The notes beneath the pieces are model-generated. The model saw only the letters and a program-made list of their open reading frames with translations. It was not told where the DNA came from and did no database searches. From assembly GCA_002269645.1 (NCBI GenBank), contig NIVC01001102.1, positions 293,584-357,583 of the forward strand: 64,000 nucleotides of DNA, written 5' to 3'. A program made the position numbers and the translations under genes. The stretch is from Macrostomum lignano (taxonomy: Eukaryota). Positions 1 to 11,500 of this stretch are shown here, one piece after another (position 1 is the first letter of the stretch; every line of letters starts with the position of its first letter).

Positions 1-239
1 ATAAAAATTGTAAATTGTAGATTTTGAATCCATTTGGTGATTAGAAACTCTACATTCACCTGGGTTGAAACTTAAATTAGACCACTTTCGTTTTTGCAAC
101 TATTAACTGTCCAACTTTCTGAACTTAGGGCGTTAGCTACTCGTATATTTGCTGTTTTATATCTTGAAAGGCCTTTTATGTTTTTGAGACCATCTATCTC
201 TACGAGGTATGAGTAGATCGTAGGAGGGTTCTGAGCACC

Positions 240-470
240 CCGACGCAACGCCTTCGGCGAAATTTGTCCCAATTCTGCCTCAGCAATTCTGCTGACTCCT
301 GGATACTCTTCGCGCAGGCACGCACTTATTTGCAGGCTGACACAGGGGTGGACAGCGGTTCTGACTTTCTAATCGTCAGGCATGTACAGTCTCTGCGCCT
401 CGGGGTTTGGTCCTCCCGGATGTGAATCGCACGACGACTTCCGGCGAATTTTCGTGCACACAGGCCCAAA
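240..470 (+). repeat. Dispersed repeat copy with conserved stem-loop core (ctgac-tttctaatc-gtcaggcatgtaca...ggggtt)
   Basis: Core at 361-390 recurs at ~2315 (partial), ~13320, ~15010-15040 (minus) and ~49908. Boundaries are approximate. Confidence 0.6.
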
Positions 471-977
471 ATAGATGGCCGCACACGGAATCGAGATTCA
501 GACGCGTTTACCTCGGAGCTGTTTTGCAGTCTCCTTAAAATTGCCTGTTTCCACGGCAGTATACGAACTTGCTATATTAAATATGTTTATTACACGTAGT
601 GTTCTATACGATCGTATCCGTAGTCTGTTGTTTTTGTTGCTCTATATAATCGCACTAAATCTATCGGAATGCTACGAAGGTGCATTTTCTGCGAATCTGT
701 TATCATTTTCAGTGATTTATTATAAATTACTTGATGAATTTACATGAAACCATAATCAATGTTTGTTCTTAAGCACTAATCAAATTGTAGTTAGCGCAAT
801 AAAAATAAAAATAAAATTGAATCAATACTCATTTCGGAAATTGTTAAATGATAAATTAGTTTAATTTTACTAAATATTTTAGGAATGTATAAAGTGTTTA
901 ATTTTTTTTCAATTTAAAGTTGCTTAATTTCAGACAAAAATTGTTATTATACCAACAAACCAAAGCCAACCAGCAGC

Positions 978-3900
978 ATGACAAGTCGTTTCAAGATTGC
1001 AAAACGTCTGGAAGCTTTTTCCAAAGTTGAAAATATCTGGTTTGTACTTGATGTTCTGATTAATTTTTAGTAATGTTAACTTTAATTAGAGTTGACAAGA
1101 TAAATAACTAAAATTTGATAACGGATACTTTCAGGGTGATGTACTCTGCTCTTGCTGTGAAACACAATGCTCTCAATTTGGGACAGGTGAGTTATGTAGC
1201 ATTAAATAATCATGTCAAACACGAATCTGTAGCATGATTTTGGTCTTTAGTGGCTTTCTAATTCTAAAATAAGTCGAATTAATTTTTGAACAATGCTAAC
1301 TAAAGTTTAAAAATCATGCAAAAAACAGTTTTTTATCTCTCCAATTCGGTGTATCTCTACTAAAAGTAGTACAACTGTTCCTTCAGGGCTTCCCAGACTA
1401 TGCGCCACCAAAGTCTGCAACCGATGCACTTGCTTCAGTGGCCAATTCCTCTAACCCGATGTTGCACCAGTACACCAGGGGATACGTGAGTAGATTATTC
1501 AACATCAAGCCTTAACACAGACTCGCTTGAGATGCCTATGAAGAACTTTCCACCGTTTTAGGGTCATCCCAGACTGGTAAATGCTCTTGCCAAGCTGTAC
1601 ACCACAGAGCTGCAGAATCCAATTGATCCGATGAAGAATATTCTAATCTCCAACGGTGCCTACATGTGTCTTTATTCCGCTATCCACTCTCTAGTTGATG
1701 AAGGCGACGAAGTAGTCATCATTGAGCCGTTTTTCGACTGCTACGAGCCAATGGTCCGTTCTGCCGGTGGGCAGCCGGTCTTTGTTCCGCTGCGACCATC
1801 CGCTGATGACAGGTCGACCACTCAGAACCAACGCCATCGTTCTGCGCAGGACTGGCGCTGGGATGCCGAGCAGCTCCGGGCCGCCTTCACGCCTCGAACC
1901 AAAATGTTGATAATGAACACGCCAAATAATCCAATTGGCAAAGTGTTCGACTCTGACGAATTGAAATTGCTTGCCGAGCTGTGCTGCAAGCACGATGTTT
2001 TGTGTCTTAGCGACGAAGTGTACGAATGGCTGGTAAGATTGATCGGTTAGTTAGGAGTTGTTGCGGTTTAATGCGTACGTATTAGTACATGTAGCTACGT
2101 GTTTGCATAGGTTGATGATTATCTGGCAAATCAGTGTTAGTCAAGTCAGTCATTTCGTAGGGGGGGGGGGGCTCTGGGTGCTGCTGCATATCAAAGCGAC
2201 AGCCGACCTGCAGCCACGAGTATTCAAGCACTCGTGTCCATTCCTTCGACCTTTGAGCCCTTACACGCACACGGTTACGTACTAAATCATACGCTCACAC
2301 CGAGTGCACATCGGCCCTGACTTTCTCGTCTATAGGCGCTTTATTAGATACACTCTCTGCATCATTGGGGGTCATCAGTTTGTAAGGCCAACTTTTGTCC
2401 ACCAGACCCAGCTTACCCTGCACCGAGCACAAAATCTAACCCGGATGCGGGAGTCAGACGCGTTACCTCTGAGCTGCTCAACCGCTCTTTCTGCATCCTT
2501 GTCTATAGTAGATCTCAACACGGAAGTGAATATTTAGGCAGGTTACAATGCAAATAGCCATGAATAAATCAGCTCGAAGCTCCTTTTGTAGTGATCACGA
2601 ATTTAACGGCCGTTGCTATTTATGTTGTAGCCTAGTGGCTAGGGCGTCGGACTCACGACTTGAAGGTCGGGGGTTCGATTCCCGATCCCACTGTAACAAT
2701 TTGTGTCCTTGAGCAAGACACTTAACTCTCTCTCTCTGTATTGCTTCAGTTCACCCAGCTGTAAAATTGGTGCCAGCATTAGCTGGGATAATTGAGGGTG
2801 CGCGTGTGGCGATCCTCCAGGCCGTGGACTGAACAGCCGTACGCAGCCTTCAGATGCGCCGCGCAATAGCTGCGGCTGAGCTGTCGGTTGCACAACTGCC
2901 CATTGGGGCAGGTGAAATCAATAATAATAATTATTATTATTAATGTACAATTGCATGTAGCTCTAACACCTATTAAATATAGTATACGGGCTATACATAA
3001 ACCTTGCTTTATAAAATCTAATCGTCGTTTAATACCTGAAGCTGAGTCGTATAAGAGTTCTAGAACAAAAAATGGCAGAAAAATGAAACAAATATTACGA
3101 GCATACTATTAGTTTAATTTTTGTAATAGTGACTACGAAATGAATAATACAATCTGGGATGCGAGTATTTATATTTTCTCAAAATCTAAATGTAAACCGA
3201 TTTTCGACCCTCTAATTGGTCTAGGTGTACCCGGGCCATCGGCATCAGCGCATAGCAACTCTGCCGGGCATGTGGGAGCGCACCATCACCGTTGGCAGCG
3301 CTGGTAAAACGTTCAGCGCAACTGGCTGGAAGCTCGGATGGTCAATTGGACCGGAAGAGCTGATCAAGCATCTGCAGGTGGTGCACAGGAACTGCTGTTA
3401 CACTTGTCCAACTCCGTCGCAGGTGAGAAATAAGACAACTCTATTGGAGGTTAACAGTGAATCTTTGTCCAGTTGACTCTTTGTCCACTTGACTCTTTGT
3501 CCACTTGACTCTGTCCACTTGACTCTTTGTCCACTTGACTCTTTGTCCACTTGACTCTTTGTCCACTTGACTCTTTGTCCACTTGACTCTTTGTCCACTT
3601 GACTCTTTGTCCACTTGACTCTTTGTCCACTTGACTCTTTGTCCACTTGACTCTTTGTCCACTTGACTCTTTGTCCACTTGACTCTTTGTCCACTTGACT
3701 CTTTGTCCACTTGACTCTTTGTCCACTTGACTCTTTGTCCACTTGACTCTTTGTCCACTTGACTCTTTGTCCACTTGACTCTTTGTCCACTTGACTCTTT
3801 GTCCACTTGACTCTTTGTCCACTTGACTCTTTGTCCACTTGACTCTTTGTCCACTTGACTCTTTGTCCACTTGACTCTTTGTCCACTTGACTCTTTGTCC

Positions 3901-4505
3901 ACTTGACTCTTTGTCCACTTGACTCTTTGTCCACTTGACTCTTTGTCCACTTGACTCTTTGTTCACTTGACTCTCACTGTCTCATATGATTATTTGTCCT
4001 CTTCACTTTATCTGTTTGAATCTTTGTCCACTTAAATATATTTCCTAGCGGTCGTTTACTTAATGTCATAATGTCAAACGAACAATTTCAGGACCATTTG
4101 TGAATGTGATTCATTGGGGAATCGCTCACATGTTGCAGGACTCAAAACGAATTCGAAGACTTGTAGATATTTTCTCATATGCCAAGTGCTCGCGTACTAC
4201 ATCACTAAATCTACGCCACTTTGAATTTTAACTACTACAAGTAATCCAACCTAAATCTCTCAGGAAGCAGTTGGCATTGCACTGGAGGCGGAGCTGGAGA
4301 GGCGCGGCACTCCTGAATGCTATTTCAACGCCCTGCCAACCGAGCTGCTGTCGAAACGGGACCGACTGGCTGAGCTGGTTGAATCAGCGGGGCTTCCGGT
4401 CTACTTGCCCGCTGGCGGATACTTTATGGTGGGCCCTTTTTTAAGTGTCTTTTTCTGTTATTCTGCATTAGCCTTTCATTTGGTCCTAGTGTGTCTGTCT
4501 GTCTG

Positions 4506-4555
<50 letters not shown>

Positions 4556-4557
4556 CA

Positions 4558-4622
<65 letters not shown>

Positions 4623-4769
4623 GTTTCTGTCTGTCTGTCTGCTTGTCTGTCTTTCTGTCTGTCTTAGTATCTGTCTGTCTGTGTGTGTCTGCCTGTCTGT
4701 CTGTGTCTGCCTGTCTGTCTGTCTGTCTGTCTGTCTGTCTGCTTGTCTATCTGTCTGTCTGTCTTAGTA

Positions 4770-4840
<71 letters not shown>

Positions 4841-4937
4841 GCCTGTCTGTGTTTCTGTCTGTCTGTCTGTGTTTCTGTCTGTCTGTCTGCTTGTCTGTCT
4901 GTCTGTCTGTCTTAGTATCTGTCTGTCTGTCTTAGTA

Positions 4938-4992
<55 letters not shown>

Positions 4993-5441
4993 GCTTGTCT
5001 ATCTGTCTGTCTGTCTGTCTGCCTGTCTGTGTTTCTGTCTGTCTGTCTGCTTGTCTGTCTGTCTGTCTGTCTTAGTATCTGTCTGTCTGTCTGTGTCTGC
5101 CTGTCTGTCTGTCAGTCTGTCTGTCTGTCTGTCTGTCTGTGTCTGTCTCTCATCTCACCAGCAACTCGCCGCCTCAGATCGTGGACATCTCTAGCCTGCC
5201 GGAGCCGCCGCCGGCCACCGGCAGCCCAGACGATCCTCTTGGTGAGCTTCGGGACGCCCGACTGGTCCGCTGGCTGACCCGGGAGCGCCAGCTGGCCACA
5301 ATCCCCTGCTCCTGCTTCTACGGCCAAGCCGACAGGCATCTGGGCGAGAATTTCATTCGCCTGTGCTTCATCAAAGAGGACGAAACGATTGAGCAGTTTG
5401 GCAGAGGTCTGCTCAATTGGTTGAAGCCGGGGTCGTGCTAG
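978..5441 (+). CDS. KYAT: Kynurenine aminotransferase / cysteine-conjugate beta-lyase (PLP-dependent class I aminotransferase), 7 exons
   Basis: Exons 978-1039, 1135-1186, 1387-1485, 1562-2032, 3225-3422, 4264-4428, 5178-5441 join in frame with GT-AG ends. Motifs: [58 protein letters not shown] (PLP lysine), [16 protein letters not shown]. Confidence 0.93.
2620..2860 (+). mobile_element. tRNA-derived SINE with MIR/CORE-like central domain, in KYAT intron 4
   Basis: A box TAGCCTAGTGG at 2628 and B box GGTTCGATTCC at 2672, followed by tgtgtccttgagcaagacacttaac...cacccagctgtaaaa. Second copy at ~53803. The 3' boundary is approximate. Confidence 0.8.
3460..3973. repeat. 16-bp minisatellite (ttgactctttgtccac), ~32 copies, intronic
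   Basis: gtccac recurs at 3545, 3561, 3577 and 3593, giving a period of 16. Confidence 0.95.
4490..5148. repeat. Degenerate (TGTC)n microsatellite, intronic
   Basis: Directly visible tetranucleotide array in the last KYAT intron. Confidence 0.95.
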
Positions 5442-6252
5442 GACTGAAGTGCGGCTACTAAATGCCTACTGCATTGGGCTGGTGAAAGCTTTGATTTAAT
5501 CTTTCGACAATCACTTGCATCCAAATGCATCCTAAGTTGTCAGTTTTACCAGTATCATACATTGCTTCATTTGAATGATTTTCAATAAGAAATTGAATAG
5601 TATTTTTTTGTGTTTGAGAAGTTCAGCGTTACTAACTCTATAATACTTGACAGGAGTTCTTTTTAGTTACTATTCATGTTTTTTTAGTTACATCTTACTT
5701 CTTTTTTGTTTTCTAGACTTTGGAAACTTTTCAATCACAACGATAGATCAATAGATTAGTATATCTCCTGATATCGTGATTTTTTAGCTCAAAACTGTAA
5801 AGCTGTCGACGAGCGCATGTTTATTGAAATTAAAGCTTTGATCAGGCAATAAACGTGTATACAAAGAAAAACTGCATTGAAGGATTATACACACCGAGTA
5901 GTTAGAAAAAAAATGTAATATTACGTTCGTTATGTCATACTTCTATAATTTTAATAGTGCATTTCTATTCACTAATTATTTTAGACACAAAAATTGTACT
6001 TTTGTTAGATATTGAGACTCCGTTGATGCTGACCAAGATTTTTACAAAAAAGTGAATCAAAAAGTGCATATTTATTACAGATTATTGTTTAATAACAAAT
6101 TAGTATCTTAAGGCTTGTTCATACCAATGTTTCATGTACACCAGCCACGAGAATCAATGTCTAATTGGATGGAATGGGCATCTTGTTCAAAGATACCGCC
6201 AGTTCTGTTACTTCCCGCCTTTAGGTTTTGTTATCATAGACTGTTGATTTCG

Positions 6253-7803
6253 CTAAACAGCAGCTAAGCAAAAGCGTATTTTGTTTAGTCTCTTGTGTCG
6301 CATCTCGCGCTTGAATAATTCAGCCATCCAGTTCATGAATGACTCCTTCCGACAGCAGCCAGCCAGTGTTCTGCACGTTTGCGGGTTCGCGCCACTGATC
6401 TCGAGTTCCAGTTGGCCGACTTCAGTGAACCGGAAGTTGGTGCGCAAGTTTGCTAGGCTCTCTTCTATTCCGGTATCCGAGTCCGATACTTGTCGAGGTT
6501 CTTCCTCGTCCAACAAAAAACTGGAGACATTGTCCGCGTGTAGTTTGAGCACCTCCTCGATGCGGCACTTCTCCTCGTCGGTGAGCTCGCTGCTGCCGTC
6601 AGTTGATACCGAATAGAGCAGCTTGACGACTCTTCGCACGCTTGGTATCTGCGGGCAAACTCTGTCACCAGGCAAGCCGGTGTCTGTTGGAGTCGGCTCT
6701 TCGGCATCGGCCTCAGCCTCCGTGTCGATGAGCTGCGGCAGATCTGCACCATCAGGTGTTGACTCGCTGCTGCCTTGCAGAGCTGGTCTCGGACTCTCGA
6801 TGGCAAGTTTAGACTCGATCAGGTTAGCATCGTGCCTCTGGTCTGGGCTCCAACTGAGCAGATTCTCAACCAGCCTCCATAGATTATCTGTCAACGGGAA
6901 TACTGACTTACTGCGATCGAGGACCACCTTCCAGTCTTCGTTGCTAGTTGGCCTCGACAGCGTCATGGCTCCGAAAGCCTCTGGTAGGTCTAATTCCAAG
7001 TCCGGAGTGCTTGGAATTTCCAAACGTTGAAAGAGACGCTCTTCGTAGCTGTCGAAAGGCCTCTGTCGATAGATGGATTCGCAAATTAGTATGCCAAACG
7101 AATAACAATCAGCTTTAAAATCGTAGCGCAGCTTCTTGTCGCCGTTACGCCAGTTGCGCACTTCTGGCGCCATCCAACGCCATGTGCCGATGTCGACCGA
7201 CATACCATCGGGATCGTAGTAGCGGCTCATGTCAAAGTCGCACACCTTGCATAGCCTTTTTCCTTCGAATAGGAGCACGTTGGAACTCTTAAGATCGCGG
7301 TGCACTATACCATTATTATGCAGGTACGCCATGGCTTCGGCTACCTGGCGAAGCCAATTAATACAGTGATCCCAGGTATAGCCACCATCTCCAGTCGGGT
7401 AGGTGAACTCACTTTTGCTCTTCCTCTTGGCTGTGAGAGCAAACTGGAGGCTGCACTCGCCGAGCTCCATAAAAATGACGGGCCAACTCTCTGGATTATT
7501 CTCATCAACTTCCAGGGTGCAATCCAGCACGGTGACAATATTCTTGTGATTGCACTTTGACAACAGCTCATATTCTTTCTGGCATAGTTCTTTCATGTCC
7601 TTTTTGCTACTACTTCCGCAGTACTGCTTCATAGCAACGAAATCGCCTTTAGAAAGCAATGCGATCGTGTCGCCCTCCAATGAGAAGTCCTCCTGCAGCT
7701 CCTTTTTGTAGATTCGATGATTGGATCGGGCCATCAGCGAGCGTCCTGTCTCGCTGTTTTCAATCGAGACGCACCGATTCAGACCTTTATTAGAACCTGC
7801 CAT
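6253..7803 (-). CDS. Intronless TKL-like protein kinase (516 aa) with DFD motif, degenerate Gly-loop and uncharacterised C-terminal domain
   Basis: First ATG at 7803 (the track starts at GTG 7827). Motifs: VAMK, QKE (alphaC), HKNIV, HRDLKSSN, CDFD, GTWRWMAPE, DCYSFG. Confidence 0.88.
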   Translation of the reverse strand: MAGSNKGLNRCVSIENSETGRSLMARSNHRIYKKELQEDFSLEGDTIALLSKGDFVAMKQYCGSSSKKDMKELCQKEYELLSKCNHKNIVTVLDCTLEVDENNPESWPVIFMELGECSLQFALTAKRKSKSEFTYPTGDGGYTWDHCINWLRQVAEAMAYLHNNGIVHRDLKSSNVLLFEGKRLCKVCDFDMSRYYDPDGMSVDIGTWRWMAPEVRNWRNGDKKLRYDFKADCYSFGILICESIYRQRPFDSYEERLFQRLEIPSTPDLELDLPEAFGAMTLSRPTSNEDWKVVLDRSKSVFPLTDNLWRLVENLLSWSPDQRHDANLIESKLAIESPRPALQGSSESTPDGADLPQLIDTEAEADAEEPTPTDTGLPGDRVCPQIPSVRRVVKLLYSVSTDGSSELTDEEKCRIEEVLKLHADNVSSFLLDEEEPRQVSDSDTGIEESLANLRTNFRFTEVGQLELEISGANPQTCRTLAGCCRKESFMNWMAELFKREMRHKRLNKIRFCLAAV

Positions 7804-8428
7804 TCTACTCAGTTCGCTTGTTTGCACTGTTGGAATAGTTTAAAATGCTATTATCTTGCTTCACTATTTTGTGTGTTCACTATTATTGCTCTTGCGGACA
7901 ACTGCATGTAGCACTTGTCTTCAAGGTCACATCGCTTTAGCTTTTATGCGATATTATGTACAGTAAACTGAGCCGTGGTAAATGGGGAGTAGGGGGGGGC
8001 AGAATTTTCACTCGCAAAAGAGAGCAAGCCACTTTGACAGTGTCATTGCGGCCGGCTTGCTGAAACACCATATTGTACGCAAAATCTGGGGTTTGGGGCT
8101 TAAGTCTCTTTAGTTTCTGTTAACAACCCCAGTGGAAACCTGTCTGCCCCTACAGACGGTATTGTGTGCACATGTGTACACTCGCTCTTTCCACAGTTAG
8201 TCAGCCTAGACTAAATCTAATAGCGTTTGTTAAAACACCGCGCGCACACACCTCAGATAGCGACTCATTTTCTGCTCAGCAGAGTACAGTGGATGAAAAG
8301 TTACAAAAAAATAAGTGGAACTTCCCTTGCAAAGCAGTTAACATAAAAGACCTTGCTTGTCTTTTTAGCTCTTAGCTATACTGAATTGTTTTTTTTCTGA
8401 ATAGCTAATAACAGATTTGGTTCGAAAA
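7804..8428. promoter_or_regulatory. Probable bidirectional promoter between the divergent kinases
   Basis: 625-bp interval between two divergent ATGs. Inferred from geometry only. Confidence 0.5.
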
Positions 8429-9934
8429 ATGCCAAGAGTAGACTCGCCAATAGACAGTCTGTACCACTGTCTGGATTTGGAGACCAAAAAAGAAATCGCC
8501 ATCTCTCAGCAGAGCAGCAACTACGTTAGAATTCATTCAGTCAAGCTGAAAAGAAACTGGGTTAACGGATTTCTTTTACCAGAGCTGACTGAAAGAACTA
8601 CTGTGGCTATGAAGGAGATTACTAGAGGCGCGCCACAGATGAGTCCCATCGAAATCTGCAAAAGAGAATTTAATCGCCTGAGAGATTTGTCACACAATAA
8701 CATCGTGATTGTGTACGAAGCCTGCCTGACTGTCGATCCCAACGACCCGTCGAGCGTTCCGTCCTACTTGATGGAGATCGGGGAGTGCAGCCTCAGCTTT
8801 GTAATGTGCAACAAACTGCAGGATTCAACGCACATCGTACCAGTGATGAGTGATGGCTTGGCTAGAGACCCTACAAATAATATTTACTACACGAAGCAGC
8901 ACTTGTTCCATTGGCTGATTCAGGTGGCCGATGCCATGCAGTACCTTCACGAGAGCGGTTTAATCCATCGTGATGTGAAAGGAGCAAACGTGTTAATGTT
9001 TGATAAGAAGACTAAATGCAAGCTTTGCGATTTCGACACTTGCCGTGAAGTCGACCCCGAAGGCATGACGCCCAAGGTCGGAACCGATCGCTGGAGAGCA
9101 CCGGAGCTGCGAAAGCCCACTGACGGCCTCAGAGCACGGTACAACAAAGCGTGCGACCGATTTTCATTCGGCGTTCTCATGTGCGAGGCGGTTTTCCGCG
9201 AATTGCCGTTCCAAGACTATCCGGACAGCGCCTTCACCGCATGCGATGAGGACATACCAAATATCTTAGCCAACGAAGCCAATGGTGCTATGCTGATTCG
9301 CAAGTGCGTAAGCGGGCCAGTAGTGGAAATCAACAAAAGCAAATCTGTGTTCAAGGAGCTGCCAAATAGCTTTTGGCAGCAATTGGAGAACCTGCTCTCC
9401 TGGTCAGCTGATAGACGCAATCCCTTTTCCGCTGTGAAAAGTACTCTAACCAACTGTTTAGAGAGTTTAACAACTAGTGACCTGCCTATCATCTTAGTAG
9501 ACAAGTCGGGACAGAGAACTGACACAGGGACGCTTGCTGTCACAGAAGTTCCAAGTCGACACAGGAGATATGTGAGAAAACGCGTTGTCTACTCATTGAG
9601 CGTAGAGTTGGACGCGGAACATCAGGAACAATTGATTACCAGTATGCGAGAGTTTTCCGGTCAAATCAACGTGCAGGCTGGAGTACCGAACGATCAATTA
9701 AAAAACGTTCGTCACGAGTACAGCTTTGTGCAGCCTAAGGAGCTCATTCATGACATCAAGTCGCTCCAGCAACAGCTCGTCGATGAAGTGTCGGAGTATT
9801 GCTCCAATGCTGATAAAAAGTTCACTAAGTGGTTAGATGACCGTTTCGAATTCGAACCGGATATGCAAATTCGCGGCATCAAATTTTCGGCTTTGGTAGG
9901 TCAGGGCAATCTTCAGCCTGGAGCTGAAGAATAA
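8429..9934 (+). CDS. Intronless TKL-like protein kinase (501 aa), paralog of the minus-strand kinase, DFD motif
   Basis: First ATG at 8429. Motifs: VAMK, KRE, HNNIV, HRDVKGAN, CDFD, GTDRWRAPE, DRFSFG. The C-terminal domain aligns by eye with the neighbour. Confidence 0.88.
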   Translation: MPRVDSPIDSLYHCLDLETKKEIAISQQSSNYVRIHSVKLKRNWVNGFLLPELTERTTVAMKEITRGAPQMSPIEICKREFNRLRDLSHNNIVIVYEACLTVDPNDPSSVPSYLMEIGECSLSFVMCNKLQDSTHIVPVMSDGLARDPTNNIYYTKQHLFHWLIQVADAMQYLHESGLIHRDVKGANVLMFDKKTKCKLCDFDTCREVDPEGMTPKVGTDRWRAPELRKPTDGLRARYNKACDRFSFGVLMCEAVFRELPFQDYPDSAFTACDEDIPNILANEANGAMLIRKCVSGPVVEINKSKSVFKELPNSFWQQLENLLSWSADRRNPFSAVKSTLTNCLESLTTSDLPIILVDKSGQRTDTGTLAVTEVPSRHRRYVRKRVVYSLSVELDAEHQEQLITSMREFSGQINVQAGVPNDQLKNVRHEYSFVQPKELIHDIKSLQQQLVDEVSEYCSNADKKFTKWLDDRFEFEPDMQIRGIKFSALVGQGNLQPGAEE

Positions 9935-10530
9935 TGAAACTCTGCGCTAAACTTTGAGTTATTCGCTTTCTAAATTACGCTTGTTGAGTTGAGATCAAGG
10001 TAAACTTTCAGTAAAGTTAGTAGTTCTCTGTTAAGTAAAAATGAGGGCAAAAACAAGGCCACTTTTTGAACCATGCAGTGTCCATGGCTGTGATTTATTA
10101 TTTTTTCTTTTTATTTTTTAGTATTTATTAGACTAGAAATTTAAGACTTTTGCCTTCAATAAGGTCGCCAACTGAATGTTATTCATGTGATAGCAATAGG
10201 AGCTTTAGCTGCCTCTTTTTTCAAGCAATGGCCACTTTTTGATCAACTTACGAGCGTAAGTTGATCAATCGAAAAATACACAAAAGTTTGGTTTGGTTTG
10301 ATTTTAAAATTTTAAAAGGCCTATTAATATTTTAGAATATTATTATGAAATTTTAACTATAGCTACAAGTAGCAGTGCTTTTTCCTACTTGCAAAAAAAC
10401 AAATACAAGTTTGTGTTTTGCTTCTGCTTCAATTGTTTTTTACTAACGGCTAGGTCTGCATGTGCCAGCAACGGAGCAATCAGGTGCATCGCGGGTCAAT
10501 TCCGTGTTTACTTGTGGGGTCCTCTACAGC

Positions 10531-11265
10531 GGGTCCACCCCAACTGCCAGCCGGAAAACTGCCAGCCGACAACTGCCAGCCGGAAAACTGCCAGTCGACA
10601 ACTGCCAGCCGGAAAACTGCCAGCCGACAACTGCCAGCCGGAAAACTGCCAGTCGACAACTGCCAGCCGAAAAATGCCAGCCGACAATTGCCAGCCGAGA
10701 AAACTGCCAGCCGGAAAACTGCCAGCCGACAACTCCCAGCCGGAAAACTGCCAGCCGACAATTGCCAGCCGACAATTGCCAGCCGACAACTGCCAGCCGA
10801 CTGCCAGCTCTTTCAAAGAAAGAGCAAAGGCTACCTAAAATACGAAATTTGAATGCCTTCTCCTTCGCATATATACTTCTAAAGTTCTAATGGAAATCTG
10901 AAAAAATTAGGGAAGGGAAGGGCGACATTTAAGGCTACCCCACAAGCCTTTTGCTAGCCAAACAGTTTCGTGCTTTTTACTTAGCTAATAAGTAGGCTAC
11001 AGTAGATTCAATTAGCTAGAACTTGTCGGCTGGCAGTTGTCGGCTGGCAATTGTCGACTGGCAGTTGTCGGCTGGCAGTTTTCCGGCTGGCAGTTTTCCG
11101 GCTGGCAGTTTTCTCGGCTGGCAATTGTCGGCTGGCATTTTTCGGCTGGCAGTTGTCGACTGGCAGTTGTCGGCTGGTAGTTGTCGGCTGGCAATTGTCG
11201 GCTGGCAGTTTTCCGGCTGGCAGTTGTCGGCTGGCAGTTTTCCGGCTAGCAGTTGGGGTGCTCCC
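10531..11265. mobile_element. Non-autonomous foldback/MULE-like element whose TIRs are built of 14-15-bp tandem repeats
   Basis: Left arm gggtccaccccaactgccagccgg... and right arm ...ccggctagcagttggggtgctccc are inverted. Flanked by ctctacagc (10522-10530) and ctctacaga (11266-11274), an 8/9-identical TSD. Confidence 0.8.
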
Positions 11266-11274
11266 CTCTACAGA

Positions 11275-11500
11275 AATGGTGGTGCAGCCGTTGCTTATGC
11301 AGAATAAGTCACGATCGGTTTGCTTTCCCCCCGACCTAAGCGTAGCGTCAACTCCGCTGAAGACGCCGCCGAATCTGCCGTTGCCGTGGTGTAGCCGTCT
11401 CCAGCTCTGCCGCGGGCCCAGTTATCGGTCAGACTGCCACCTCGCTCGCTGTCGCGGCAGTTTCGCCTCTGCTGACTTTAAGCACTCACGCGCAATTGTA
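11275..11500 (-). pseudogene. Degenerate relic of exon 4 (glycine-rich domain) of the ALK-like array
   Basis: Minus translation RRNCRDSERGGSLTDNWARGRAGDG matches RRNSSDGERGGSLADGWVGG of the intact copies. Gly tracts are deleted and the foldback element is inserted near its 3' end. Confidence 0.7.

Noticed and set aside
2628-2700. Possible tRNA gene
   Set aside because: A and B boxes are present, but the acceptor and anticodon stems do not pair well. It continues into a SINE body that recurs at 53.8 kb.
3398-5194. Repetitive ORFs (VDKESSGQ..., SVCL...)
   Set aside because: Translations of intronic 16-bp and TGTC repeats inside the KYAT gene. The same applies to ORFs at 10389-11300, 39586-39972, 40957-41529, 56832-57429 and 58851-59141.
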